Assembly (NCBI GenBank): GCA_963824995.1 | Contig: CAWGRK010000001.1 | Location: 139,094-203,093 of the forward strand | Direction: 5' to 3' | DNA length: 64,000 nucleotides | Origin: an uncultured Actinomycetes bacterium | Lineage (GTDB): Bacteria; Actinomycetota; Acidimicrobiia; Spongiisociales; DATADW01 | Shown here: positions 33,660 through 44,839 of the stretch, piece by piece | Layout of the letters: every line of letters starts with the position of its first letter | Numbering within the stretch: position 1 is the first letter of the stretch | The notes under the pieces: model-generated | Told to the model about the DNA's origin: nothing | Database searches by the model: none | Seen by the model: the letters and a program-made list of their open reading frames with translations, nothing else | Translations under genes and position numbers: made by a program

Positions 33660-34781
33660 AGGGCGACTCGTCCCACCTTGACGAAAGGCGATGCTGACAT
33701 CGCGCCGGTGGAAGCGCCCGTAGGAGGCGATCCCGGCTTCCACAGCGGCCTGTTCTCGAGTGGACAGCGGCCGGCCGAGGATCATCTCCACTTCGACGGA
33801 GCCGGTGCCGATCTTCCGCTGCCATTCACCGGCAATCTGACCGTCGATGAAGAGCAGCCACATGGCGAAGGCCCTGCCCTCTGGCATCGCCTTGAACAAA
33901 CCGGCGAGATCCAGCACATACCGACTGGAGCGATACCCCACCACGTACTCGTCGAGCAGTTGGAGCAACTGCACCGTCGGTCCCCGTGATCGGGTGAACG
34001 GGGAGCGGTCGGTGCTCCAGAACGTCATCCCGGCCACGTCCTGGGGCGACAACCGATCGCCGACGAGATCGAGTCCGCGCCGGATGTCCGCCACGGTGAG
34101 GCTCGACCACCAGCGGAAGTCGTCGATGGTGGCCGGCCCGTGGCTGCTGAAGTAGCGCCAGGTCAGCTCGGCGAGTGCCTCGTCTGGATCGAGAGTCACC
34201 GCTTGGGGTGCACGCCTGGCCACCAGGGCGTATGTGTGCTGCTTCCCCCGTCGAGCTCCATTGCAGATGACCGCCTCCAACTCGGCGTGCATCAGGATGT
34301 AGGCGAGACGGGGCCCCTCGGCCTCGATCCCCTCGGCCCCGAGACGGGCGCCTATCTCGGGCCGAGTGAGCTCTCCCTCTTCGCCGAGCCATCGCTCCAA
34401 AAGGTCCTGGGTCCTGGAGCGGAGCAACTCGTCGATCCCGAAGTTGCGGTATGGGGTGGCGTTGGCGACGTGGACCCGTGGAGCGGTCAGCGCCTGGATC
34501 CACCGGATGTCCTCTGGAGCCACGAAATGCCATGTCGGGCGGAGCGCATGGGTCCGCAGGATCTTCCCTTCGTCGATGAGCCTGTCGACATCGGCGTCGA
34601 GAACATCCCTGCAACGCGATGCCAGCGACCACTTTGCCGGCTCGTAGTCCTGCCCTTGCACCGCCCCGAACCATGACACGACCGCCTTTGGGTCGGCGAA
34701 GGGCTTCGCCCAGAGCCCGCCGTTGCGCAGCCGGCGATGTGCGATATCGAGCAGCCGCTGGTCGATGGGTGCGCTGATCAT
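33651..34781 (-). CDS. AlkZ-family (HTH_42) winged-helix DNA glycosylase
   Basis: AVQGQD (Q-x-Q motif), RTHALRPTWH, YFSSHGPATIDDFRWWS and DEYVVGY. Confidence 0.85.
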   Translation of the reverse strand: MISAPIDQRLLDIAHRRLRNGGLWAKPFADPKAVVSWFGAVQGQDYEPAKWSLASRCRDVLDADVDRLIDEGKILRTHALRPTWHFVAPEDIRWIQALTAPRVHVANATPYRNFGIDELLRSRTQDLLERWLGEEGELTRPEIGARLGAEGIEAEGPRLAYILMHAELEAVICNGARRGKQHTYALVARRAPQAVTLDPDEALAELTWRYFSSHGPATIDDFRWWSSLTVADIRRGLDLVGDRLSPQDVAGMTFWSTDRSPFTRSRGPTVQLLQLLDEYVVGYRSSRYVLDLAGLFKAMPEGRAFAMWLLFIDGQIAGEWQRKIGTGSVEVEMILGRPLSTREQAAVEAGIASYGRFHRRDVSIAFRQGGTSRPSR

Positions 34782-34820
34782 TAGCCACAGCCAACCCTAA
34801 GAGGCGTAGGCTCAGTCGGG

Positions 34821-36233
34821 ATGGCGAGGGCACGATTAGGTATCACGGCTACTGCTGTCTGGTGGCTGGTGATTGCCGTCGCCGCCCCGGCGGCCGCACA
34901 GCCCGGCGGCACATTCGTCGACGACGACGGCAACCATCACGAGGGGATGATCGAGGCGATCTTCGCCGCCGGTATCACTCTCGGTTGCGACCCTGCCGCC
35001 GACAATCTCTACTGCCCAAGCGATCTGGTCACCCGTGGGCAGATGGCCTCGTTCCTGGTGCGGGCGCTCGAGCTCTCGGGTGGATCTGACGCCTTCAAAG
35101 ACGACGACGGGTCGACCCACGAGGAAGCGATCAACGCCCTGGCGGCGGCCGGGATCACCGAAGGGTGCGCCTCCGACAAGTTCTGCCCTTCCGACCCGGT
35201 CACCCGGGACCAGATGGCGAGCTTCCTGACCCGCGGATATCAGCTCGCTCCGAGCGCCACCGATTTCTTCGACGATGACGACGGCAACATTCACGAGGAC
35301 GCCATAAACGCACTGGCGGCTTCGGGTATCACCGAAGGTTGCGGGGCCACCAGCTACTGCCCTCGTTCGTCTGTCGAACGCGACCAGATGGCGAGCTTCC
35401 TGGGGAGGGCCGAAGGTCTTACTGCGGCGAAGCCGCCCTTGCGCAGGATTGGATGGCAACTCCACCGGGGCGACGGGAGCTGTGCCCTGGTGGTCAATGG
35501 GATCGAGTTGTCGGAGATCTCTTGCCAGTTCGGAGGGTTGTCCTGGTCGCCCGACGGGGAGCGGCTCGTTTTCCCCATCGACGACGATTTGTGGCTTATC
35601 GACCGCACCGGGGACAACCTCACCCAACTCACGTCGCAGCCGGGATTCGAGGCCTTCCCCGACTGGTCGCCCGACGGAGCGCGCATCGCCTTCATCCGCT
35701 TCGCAGACGTCGATGACATCGGGGACCTCCACATCGTGGACGCCGACGGCGGCAACGATCTGCTGCTCGTCGCGGGTGTCCCGAAACGCGCCATCAGCAT
35801 GCCCGACTGGTCTCCTGATGGGACGCTGCTGGCGGTGAATGGCTTCGACACGCAGAGCGGCGGAGCGGGAATATTCACCGTCGATGCGGTGAGCGGCGCC
35901 GTCGAACTCGTGGTCGAGGGTGTGGGAGGAGGGCCTGACTGGTCGACCGACGGGAACAGCATCCTCTCGACGCGGATCATCGGCCCCAGGCTTGTGATCA
36001 CCCGGGTCGCCGCGGACGGCAGTGGATCCGTCGACCTGACCGACGCCAGCTTCAGCTCGGCGTTCCCGGGGTGGTCTGCCAACGGAAACCAGGTCGTGTT
36101 CACCACCCATCTCCCCAACTCGCCGGCCGCCGGCCCAAACAACGTCTGGATCATGAAGGCCGCCGGGACCGGCATGTTCCGGTACACGTACTACGAGGAC
36201 GCATCGACGACGTTCCCCAAGTGGGCACCCTGA
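34821..36233 (+). CDS. Secreted S-layer-homology protein with TolB/PD40 beta-propeller
   Basis: Signal peptide; three F.DDDG..HE..I...GIT.GC...CP...VTR.QMASFL repeats; WSPDG repeats. Confidence 0.88.
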   Translation: MARARLGITATAVWWLVIAVAAPAAAQPGGTFVDDDGNHHEGMIEAIFAAGITLGCDPAADNLYCPSDLVTRGQMASFLVRALELSGGSDAFKDDDGSTHEEAINALAAAGITEGCASDKFCPSDPVTRDQMASFLTRGYQLAPSATDFFDDDDGNIHEDAINALAASGITEGCGATSYCPRSSVERDQMASFLGRAEGLTAAKPPLRRIGWQLHRGDGSCALVVNGIELSEISCQFGGLSWSPDGERLVFPIDDDLWLIDRTGDNLTQLTSQPGFEAFPDWSPDGARIAFIRFADVDDIGDLHIVDADGGNDLLLVAGVPKRAISMPDWSPDGTLLAVNGFDTQSGGAGIFTVDAVSGAVELVVEGVGGGPDWSTDGNSILSTRIIGPRLVITRVAADGSGSVDLTDASFSSAFPGWSANGNQVVFTTHLPNSPAAGPNNVWIMKAAGTGMFRYTYYEDASTTFPKWAP

Positions 36234-36239
36234 ACCCGT

Positions 36240-37478
36240 CTAGTCGGTCGGTGCAGCCTTCACCAGCCCGGCCAGCGTCCAGTAGACCTGCTCGCCTATC
36301 CCCTTCTCGTCCTCTTCGAGCAGGTTGGTCATCACCTTGAGAGTCCACTCCATCAGCGACTTGCTGTTGAGCCCGGCGTGGGCCAGGGTGCGCATCACCC
36401 ATGGGTTGCCGATGGCTTTGACGAAGATGCGCGCCATCTTGAAGTAGAGGCCGTACTCCTCGTCGAGCGACCGCTCGTAGCGGGGCAGGAGGGTGAGGTC
36501 GTCGCGCTGCAGCGCCTGGGAGATGTGACGGGCGGCCAGTCGTCCTGTCTCGTACCCGTACGAGATCCCCTCACCGTTCCATGGGTTGATCGCTCCGGCG
36601 GCGTCGCCCACCACCACCCAGTTCCGCCCAACCCGGGGGCCGACCGAGAGCGACATCGACAGCTTCCCCCCACGGGGCTCGCTGAGCTTGCTCTCCTCGC
36701 TCAGTTCCCAATAGCCGGGTGCCGAGCCGACGTAGTCGCGCATCATGTCGGTCGTGTTGACCGACTTCCAGCGGGTGAAGGTGGACAGCAGGCCCACCCC
36801 GACGTTCACGGTGCCGTCACCCAATGGGAACACCCATCCGTACCCGGGCATGGTCGCCCCCGATTGGTCGCGTAGATCGAGTTGGCTCTCCATGAACCGG
36901 TCGTCAGAGCGCGGGCTGGCGTAGTAGCCGCGGGCGGCGAGTCCCATCGGATAGTCCCTGCGCCGTTCGGTGCCGAGCACCCGTCCGAAGCGCGAGAGGG
37001 AGCCATCGGCGATGACGATCACCTTGGGATCGACCCTGTGCCGGTCCCCGTTCTCGGCCAGATCCACCCCGGCGAGGCGCCCGTCCACCATCACAGGAGT
37101 GGCCTCGGTGTGGTCGCGCACCTCGACCCCCTCCTTCGCCACCAGCGACGCCACCTGTGCGTCCAGGTCGAGGCGCCGGATGACGCCTCCCCAATTTGGG
37201 AACCTCGAGTTGTCGGGCCAGGTCAACTCGACGAAGCGCTCCCCGGCGTAGGAGCGCAGTCCGTCGATCCGGTGGAATTCGCCGATGCTGAAGTCGTAAC
37301 CCATGTCCTCCAACTGGAGGATCGCCCTCGGGGTGAGCCCGTCCCCGCAGGTCTTCTCGCGGGGATAGCCCTTCTTCTCCACCAGCGTCACCTCGTGGCC
37401 GGCTCTGGCCAGCCAGAAGGCGGCGGCGCTGCCGGCCGGGCCTCCACCCACCACAAGGACCTCGGGTTTGTCTGCCAC
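36240..37478 (-). CDS. Geranylgeranyl reductase family protein (MenJ-like)
   Basis: VVGGGPAGS, REKTCGDGLTPRA, GYGWVFP and GDAAGAINPWNGEGI. Confidence 0.9.
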   Translation of the reverse strand: MADKPEVLVVGGGPAGSAAAFWLARAGHEVTLVEKKGYPREKTCGDGLTPRAILQLEDMGYDFSIGEFHRIDGLRSYAGERFVELTWPDNSRFPNWGGVIRRLDLDAQVASLVAKEGVEVRDHTEATPVMVDGRLAGVDLAENGDRHRVDPKVIVIADGSLSRFGRVLGTERRRDYPMGLAARGYYASPRSDDRFMESQLDLRDQSGATMPGYGWVFPLGDGTVNVGVGLLSTFTRWKSVNTTDMMRDYVGSAPGYWELSEESKLSEPRGGKLSMSLSVGPRVGRNWVVVGDAAGAINPWNGEGISYGYETGRLAARHISQALQRDDLTLLPRYERSLDEEYGLYFKMARIFVKAIGNPWVMRTLAHAGLNSKSLMEWTLKVMTNLLEEDEKGIGEQVYWTLAGLVKAAPTD

Positions 37479-37526
37479 GACAGTGAGGCTAACGGCGCAT
37501 CACGCCAAACTCACCGGTGAGGCTTC

Positions 37527-39913
37527 TCACCTGGGCAGCGCGGCGCTCCAGAACCCTGCTTGACCCAGGTATTGGCCGACGATGACGATCCTCCCTTGGA
37601 AGACGGCGATGTCGTTGACCGACTGCTGTCCTTCGGGGGCGAGGAAGACCTCATCGGGGAGCTGGGTGGCCTGCCATGCCTGTGCCGCCGGACCGGCGCG
37701 GTAGAGGATCGGCCGGGTGGCACCGTCCACCGCGGCGGTGCCCACCGCGTAGAACCGACCTTCCTTGTCGGAATCGACTCCGAGCACCGCCCCGTTGGCA
37801 CCGATGATCAGATCGGGATCCTCGATGCGGCGGTAGCGACGGCCATCCTTGGTGATCCAGACCGCCGGGTTGGACTGTCGCCCCGAGACCTGGCCCACCA
37901 CCACGACCGAGCCAGCGCCTGGTGTGCAGTCGTAGATCGCAGAGCCATCGGGATGGAATGTCCCCGGCGGGGCGCTCTCCGTCCAGGCGCGCCCGTCCCG
38001 GCTGGTCCAGGCGGTCGCCTGAGTCTCGTCTCCGGTCACCACCGCGCCGAAGGCCACCCAGCGGTCCCCCAACGGGCATACCACCTCGGCGCTCACCCAT
38101 TGTTGGTAGCCGGGACCACTGGCGCGTTGCCAGGCACCTGGTTTGGTGGCGAACCAGAAGCGCGGGTTGAAGCTGTCCGCCCCGGTTCCCTCGTGCCCGA
38201 CGGCCACCGCGGTGCTACCACCCGCCACGTCGAGCATACGGGTGGTGTTCACCGAGGCGGTCCCCTCCGATCGTTGCGGCGGGGACCAGGAGCCATCGGA
38301 CCGGGACCAGGTGATCGGGTTGACCTGGTCGGTGGCGATGAAGAGCGTGGTGAAGACGTCGTGGCCGACAAGGACCTGACGCCCCGCCTGGGCGGCAGCG
38401 GCGCTGACGACGGCGTCGCCGAACTGGGCATCGCTGGTCAGACGGGTGTGCCTGCCATCGGTGCTCACCCACACCAGCGCCCCGAGATCGGCCGGGTCGG
38501 CACCCACCTGTCCTCCGGCTATGACCAACTGGCCCCGGGCTACCTCGGCAGTCCCGGCATACCGCGTGGGGGTTTCCTCGGGCAGCGCCCCGCTGACCAC
38601 CTCGGCGGTGGAGTCGCCCTCTGCGGCCACCAGGACCGGTCGGGTGGGGTCGGAGGTCGCCGCCAGCGCTCGCGACCCGGCGGAGGTGAGAAGATCGACC
38701 GCCGGGCCGGCGGGGTCGGAGAGCCCGAACGGCAGGACCGCCTCGTTCCAGGATTCGCCGTCGTTGGAGCGGAGCAGTACATAGACGGCGTCTATGTAGG
38801 CGGTCGCCCACCATTGGTTCGCCGCCCCCGCTCAGCGATTCGAAGGACTCGCCGTAGCTGTTGTACAGGGTCCGACCCGTGGTGCTGACCGACGGGGGAC
38901 TCGGCAGCCCATTCGCCCTCAGACCGACGCCATACCGTCGGGTGGTAGCCGTCAGATCCGAGCGTTCCCCCCACCGCCAGCGCCTCACCTGAGTCGGTGG
39001 CCACGCCGGTGACAACATGCCCGTTGCCGGCGAAAGTCTCGGTCCGCCAGCTCCCTCCGTTTGGCAAGCGCCATACGGTCCCTCGGCGACGGTCTCCTGA
39101 CTGGACGGTGCCTGCCACCAGGATCCCTTCGTCGCCCACGGAGACGCTGGAGACGTCGGCTGCAGGGGCGGCGGCGAGAGCGCTCTCCAGACCACGGTCG
39201 CGCCGCCAGTCGCCGCCATCACGGCTGCGGAGCACTACCCAGGGTTCGTCGGTGGGATTGGTTGCCGTGCCGAGGACGATGAACCCGCCCGGCCCGCCGG
39301 CCACCTCGGAGAGTCGAAGCCCGCCCGGCACCCGGAGGATCGCTGCGGTCACCCTCTTCAGTGCACCGCCGTCGCGGCGGACATAGAGGAGACCGGCACC
39401 GCCCACCCCCGACCCCGACTGTCCGGAAGCGACGAGAACGTCTCCCCTGGAGGCGACACCGAGAAGGCGACCGCCGTTGGGCGAGTCGAGCATCTTGCGC
39501 CGCCACGAGGTGCCATTGGGGGCCGACCACACCGTCGGGTTTGGGTTGAGGCTGCGTCCGAAGGTCGTCCCGACGGCCACCCAGCCACCGCTTGGGAGGG
39601 TGGCGACATCGGCGTACCAACCACCGGGGGTGCCTGCGGTCAGGTTGGCGGCTTGGGAGCGAACCCAACGGAGCTCGGGAGGGGGCCCCGGTGTTCCGCC
39701 ACCGGCGTCGACCTCGGTGGTGCTGGTCGGACCGGTGCGGTCCGTGGTCGATGATGACCTATCGCCGGTCGTCGACGACGAGTCATCGCCAGGCGACGTC
39801 TGCGCTTGCGTCGAATTCTCGTCAGGCTGTATGGCGGATCCGCCGGTGACTGGCTGGCTGCAAGCAGCGGTAACGCCGACGCAGAGCACCACAATCAATC
39901 GACGAACACTCAC
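37527..39913 (-). CDS. Large lipoprotein with repeated W-x-S-x-DG (Asp-box-like) propeller motifs (frameshifts 38700-38880)
   Basis: Lipobox VTAAC; S/T linker; WSAPNG, RSRDG, WVSTDG, WTSRDG and WITKDG repeats. Confidence 0.65.
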
Positions 39914-40017
39914 ACCGTCTCCCAACGGTTGCAGCGTTGGCAGGGTACCAGTCACGTCCGGCGCTCCATGTGCACTCCGGCGGAGCGCCTACTGGGACGA
40001 TCTAACGTCCTGATTCG

Positions 40018-40638
40018 ATGCGCCGTCCGATCCCCCGAGCCACGGTGGCCCGGTTCCCCCTTTACCTCCAGGCGCTGGAGAGCATTGGCTCGGATGAGCC
40101 CACGGTCTCATCCGAACGGGTGGGGACACTCACCAACGTGACCGCTGCCAAGGTGCGCAAGGACCTCTCCTACCTCGGATCGCAGGGGGTCCGGGGTGTC
40201 GGGTACGACGTCGAGCACCTGCGGGGCAGGATCGAGCGCGAGTTGGGGCTGACCCACGACTACCCGGTTCTCATCGTCGGCGTCGGCAACCTGGGTTCGG
40301 CCCTCGCCAATTACAAGGGCTTCGCCGAACGTGGGTTCTTCATCGCCGGGTTGTACGACGCCGACCGCCAGAAGGTCGGGCGCCGAGTCGACGGTCTTCG
40401 AATCCGCCACATCGACCAGTTGGAGGAGGATGCCTCCCATCTCGGCGCCGCCATAGGAATCATCGCCACCCCCGGTGGTGCCGCCCAGGAGGTGGCAGAG
40501 CGTCTGGAACGCGCCGGTGTCCGCTCGATCCTCAACTTCGCCCCAGCCACGATCCGGGTGGCTCCACCCGTGGTGGTCCGCTCGGTGGACCTGTCGACGG
40601 AGTTGCAGATACTGAGCTACTACTTGAGCAGGGCGTGA
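40018..40638 (+). CDS. rex: Redox-sensing transcriptional repressor Rex
   Basis: IPRATVARFPLY, KVRKDLSYLGSQGVRGVGYDV, VGVGNLGSAL and ILNFAP. Confidence 0.96.
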   Translation: MRRPIPRATVARFPLYLQALESIGSDEPTVSSERVGTLTNVTAAKVRKDLSYLGSQGVRGVGYDVEHLRGRIERELGLTHDYPVLIVGVGNLGSALANYKGFAERGFFIAGLYDADRQKVGRRVDGLRIRHIDQLEEDASHLGAAIGIIATPGGAAQEVAERLERAGVRSILNFAPATIRVAPPVVVRSVDLSTELQILSYYLSRA

Positions 40639-40650
40639 AGGAAGAACGGG

Positions 40651-40705
40651 GTAGTGAGTGGTGAGTAGTGAGTTCAATACAGACTCAGTACTCAGTACTC
40701 AGTAC
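40651..40705. repeat. Opposed heptamer arrays (GTRGTGA)3 and (ACTCAGT)3 between convergent genes; possible bidirectional terminator
   Basis: The two arrays are imperfect reverse complements of each other. Confidence 0.6.
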
Positions 40706-40712
40706 CGCTCCC

Positions 40713-41066
40713 TTAGGCCCGTTCCTGGTTCTGCTCGAAGCGGGCGAGAGCGGTGAGGAACATGGCGAAGAGGATGCCCGAGGCGAGCATGTAGGCCATG
40801 GGGATGATGCGGATCTCGAAGGCGTTGAGGCCCTCGATGTCCACAGGGCGGGGACCGCGAGGGGCGTAGAGGACGAAGAGGAGGCTGTTGATCGTGATCC
40901 ACCCGAACGTGGCTGTGCCCGTCAGCAGGAAGGCGAGGCGGCTACCCAGGTTGGTGTAGAGCAGCAGGTATACGGCGCCCAGGAAAACGATGATCGCCAC
41001 CAACACCAAGAGCACACCGGTAATGGTGAGATTGGCCGAGAGGATGCTCCGGAACAGCTCGCGCAT
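40713..41066 (-). CDS. Small 3-TM membrane protein, last gene of the Rieske/cytochrome b operon
   Basis: GGAGG SD; three hydrophobic segments; starts 2 bp after the cytochrome c stop. Confidence 0.75.
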   Translation of the reverse strand: MRELFRSILSANLTITGVLLVLVAIIVFLGAVYLLLYTNLGSRLAFLLTGTATFGWITINSLLFVLYAPRGPRPVDIEGLNAFEIRIIPMAYMLASGILFAMFLTALARFEQNQERA

Positions 41067-41068
41067 CT

Positions 41069-42770
41069 CTACCTCCCGGTGAGCGTGGGACCGCGCAGGT
41101 AGCGGGTGATCAACTCGATGTCCTCCTGTTGGAGCACCTGGCCGAAGCCGGGCATCCGGCCGGTGCCCATGCCGTTGACGCCGTAGCCGATGTTGGCCTC
41201 TGACCCATTGATGAGAAAGTCGATCATGTCGGCCTCGTCGGTGAACTGCACGTTTGGCCGGTTGTTCCAGAGGGCGGGGCCGAGTCCGCCGGCGCCCGCC
41301 TGCAGCGTGAAGGGCACGCCGGCCGACCAATCGGAGGTGTGGCAGCGGGCGCAGTAGGCGTTGAAGAGGCCTACTGCCCTCGATGCCTGATCGACGTCGC
41401 CTTCGAAGGTCGCCTCGGCCACGGCGTCGACATCAACCTCCCAGGCCTTCTCCTCCTGCGCGCTGAGAAGGAAGTCGAGACCCTGCTGCGTCTGTTCGGT
41501 GAGTCGTTCTTGGTTGGCTGCGGACACGCCGAGCGACGTGGCAAGCGATTCGAGGGCGCTCACCGCTTGGCGGGCCACGACGATATCCGGCTGGGAGCCA
41601 TCGGTCTGCGGGTTCTGGGGGTCCAACGCGACGGCGGGAAGCTCGGTCGGCTCGAGCAGTTGCTGGGCCTGTGCGAGCAGAGACGAGATGCGGTCCTCCG
41701 CAGCATCCGAGAGTCCGTCGCCGTCGAGATCCTCGCCATCTCCAGCCTCGTCGAGGGCAGTTGCGGCGTCCTCTGCCACCAGACGCAGTGCGGGAGCCTC
41801 TTCGGCCACCTGCTCGAGCGACGCCACCATGGCTTCGGCGGTTTCGGCGTCCGGGGTCCCTTCCACCGACTCGGGGCTCTCGGGATCGAGCGTCTCGACG
41901 AGGAGGCCCTCGGGGACCAATGCCGCCCTCGTCTCGTCAACGATCTGGACGAGTTCGGTCTCGGCTGTGTCCGACAGACCGTCGCCGTCGGCGTCAACAC
42001 CCTCTCCACCGACCTCCACCAACTCGGCGGCACGCGGTGGCGGCATCGAGCGCCGCCGGCGCCCGACCGGGCGCCGCCGCGATGTCGGCGAGCAACTGCT
42101 CCTGATCGACGATCGCCTGATCGACACTGCGGTCGGCCTGGTTGAGCCGCTGCAGTTGCAGGTCCACAGAAGGGTCGATCTTGGCCAATGCCGCCTGCTG
42201 GTCGATCTGCTGGGTCCGCAGATAGTTGATCACATCGGATATCTGCTGCTGGTCGAGCGGACCACCACCCTCGGTCCCCCAAGCGGGCATCGGGGTGTTG
42301 GCTCGCCCGTAGACGATCCAGTAGCGGATCTCTTCGTCGTTGTAGCGGAAGAACACGTCGTTGAGCGCAGGGGCGGCCCAATTGACGTTGATCCCACTCC
42401 TCTGTTCGACGTAGCTGGCACCACCACCGCTCCAGTCGGCGCCGTGACAGTCGGTGCAGCCCACCGAGGCGACCACCTCGGCGCCCCGCTCGAGCGACTC
42501 CTCGTTGAACTGCTCGACGAAGCCAGCCTGCCTGTCCTGCTCGCCCAGGTAGTAGATGGGGAGATAGAAGGCGAGGAAGCCGGTGAGCACCACGGCCGCC
42601 GCCTGCACCTTCTCGAGCCGCTTGCTCTCGAGCTCGTCGTCGGTCTTCCCGGGGGCGACATTGCGTGGCACATCCCCGCTGCTCCGGTTGCGGATGCTGG
42701 AGGCGACGAGGAAGGCGAGCCAGCCCACGACGAGCACGGCCACCACCGCGATGACGATGGTGGCGGTCAA
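41069..42770 (-). CDS. Membrane-anchored diheme cytochrome c (frameshift near 42030)
   Basis: Two TMs; CTDCH with PMPAW; CARCH with RMPGF. Confidence 0.85.
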
Positions 42771-42795
42771 CAGACCTCCATCAGGATGGCGCCCA

Positions 42796-43704
42796 CTACT
42801 CCTCCGCGGGGACTTCCTCGGTGACGATGCCGATGCAAGACGGACCCTGGGGATACTCGACCACCCGATCGGTGGCCCGGGCGGTCTCCACGATGGTGCC
42901 GGTCTTGATGACCAGGTTGCCTTCGATCACCTCGACGCCGAAGCGGTCGAGGTTGCGTGGTGCCGGACCGGCGAAGTACTCGCCGACCGAGTCGTACTTC
43001 GATCCGTGGCAGGGGCACTCGAATCCCTGCGATGGCTGACACCAGGGGACCCGGCATCCCAGGTGGACACACCGCTGATACAAGGCGATGAGCCCTTCGG
43101 CGGAAGTGTCGGTGTCGGCGAACTGCGACCGCGCCAACTCCTCTTCGGAGATCGGCAGGATGTAAGCGCGCGCCGACGGGATGAACACCGGTGTGACCGA
43201 CCCATCGGGTTGGACCAACTCGGTCGACAGGTCCTCCACAGAGCCAGCCACGACATCGCTGCCAAAGCCGCCCGAGATCTTGGGCCACACCATCGCCAGC
43301 ATCGAGACGCCGAGGATCGCCGAGAAAGCACCAAAGGTGGCGGTCAACGCCCGGTTGAAGAACTGACGGCGTGTCACGCCCATCTCCTCAGGAGAAAGCT
43401 CTTCGAACCGCTCCTCCTCGACCACCCGGAGCGGACCTTGCTCCACGGGTTGCAGCACCCCCGCCTCCGGTTCGGGCGCGGGAGCAGGAGCCTCCTCCTC
43501 CACTTCCACCTCGGGGGCGCCGACCGTGACCAGAGCCATGGGGCCATCGGTGCGGTCCGCAGCGACCGTCTCCCTGCTCACGGTACGTCTCCATGCCTGC
43601 TGGGCATCCTTGGACCCGCGCCTGGCTGCGATGGCGAAAGCGCCGACGGCGGCTGCGATGCACACCACGGCGATAGCGAGCAGCAGCAGCTGGAGAGTCG
43701 TCAT
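42796..43704 (-). CDS. Rieske 2Fe-2S subunit of a menaquinol:cytochrome c reductase
   Basis: CVHLGC and CPCHGS boxes, GPAPRNL, and an internal TRRQFF twin-arginine motif. Confidence 0.93.
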   Translation of the reverse strand: MTTLQLLLLAIAVVCIAAAVGAFAIAARRGSKDAQQAWRRTVSRETVAADRTDGPMALVTVGAPEVEVEEEAPAPAPEPEAGVLQPVEQGPLRVVEEERFEELSPEEMGVTRRQFFNRALTATFGAFSAILGVSMLAMVWPKISGGFGSDVVAGSVEDLSTELVQPDGSVTPVFIPSARAYILPISEEELARSQFADTDTSAEGLIALYQRCVHLGCRVPWCQPSQGFECPCHGSKYDSVGEYFAGPAPRNLDRFGVEVIEGNLVIKTGTIVETARATDRVVEYPQGPSCIGIVTEEVPAEE

Positions 43705-44830
43705 TCGAACGAGATCCAGTCCGACAGATCGTCGAAGAAGATCCCGTCTGACCATGGGTAGGAGAAGTTGAACCCCTGGCCCCGGAAGAGGACTCCGATG
43801 ATGGTGAGGGTGGTCGCCCCGGCGAGGAAGAAGGTGAACATGATGATGGCGAACTTCCGGTCGGATGGCTTGGTGGACGGGTTGCGGTCGAAATAGGGGA
43901 CCGCCATCAGACCGATGAGCCCGAAGGTCGGCACCAGGACCCCGGCCACCTGGGGGTCGAAGTAGGAGAGCAACTCCTGAAGCCCGAGGAAGTACCACGG
44001 CGCCTTCGACGGGTTCGGAGTCTCGTTGAAGTTGGCCGCCTCCAGAAGGGGCGCCTGGAGGACGACCGACATGACGACCAGCAGGCCGGTCATCGCCAGC
44101 AGGCTGGCGAACTCGGCGATCATCAGATGGGGCCAGGTGTTTACCTTGTCGGTCGGCTCGGTCTTGACCTGCTGGATCGCCTTCGCCTTGACAACGGTGA
44201 GCAACCGTTGAGTGCGAACCCCTTCGGGCACTCCGGTCGGCGCCGCCACCGGCCTGGCAGCGACCGCCGCGGCCACCCGCCCAGCACCGGCTGCGGCAAC
44301 GGGGACGGGTTCTTCGTCGTCCGCTCCCCCGTCGGGAGCGCCGGCACCATTGCCCGCAGGGGGAGGCGTGGATGAACCGGCGCCATCGCCGCCGACAACC
44401 GGCTGGGGCTGCTCCGCCGCCGGTGACTCAACCTCCGCCGCCGGCTCGGGCTGCTCTGCCTCCGCCGCCGGTGACTCAACCTCGGCCGCAGGCTCGGGCT
44501 GCTCTGCCTCCGCCGCCGGCTCAGGCTGGTCAGCTTCGGCGACCGCTTCCGGCTGCTCCACTTCGGCGGCGCGCTCAACCTGCTCAGCTTCAGCAGCTGG
44601 CTCCACCTGTTCGGCTTCGGCTGCTGGAGCCTCTTCCGCGGGATCGTCTGCCGTCCGCCGTCCGCCGTCCGCCGTCTCTTCCGGAGTTGCCGTCTCTTCC
44701 TCCGCCGTCTCCTCCTCTGGGGCGTCGCCTCCCCCCGCATCTCGGCGAGCACTTGCTCGACCGGGATGCCAAGCGCTTTCGCCTTGGCCTCGGCCGACCG
44801 GCGGAGCAGGCTCTCGGGAATCTCAGGCAT
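43701..44830 (-). CDS. Cytochrome b6 subunit IV-like (PetD-like) protein with a long acidic N-terminal extension (frameshift near 44720)
   Basis: TWPHL, TPNPSKAPWYFLGLQELL and PYFDRNP; three TMs. Confidence 0.85.
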
Positions 44831-44839
44831 AGAAGCTCC

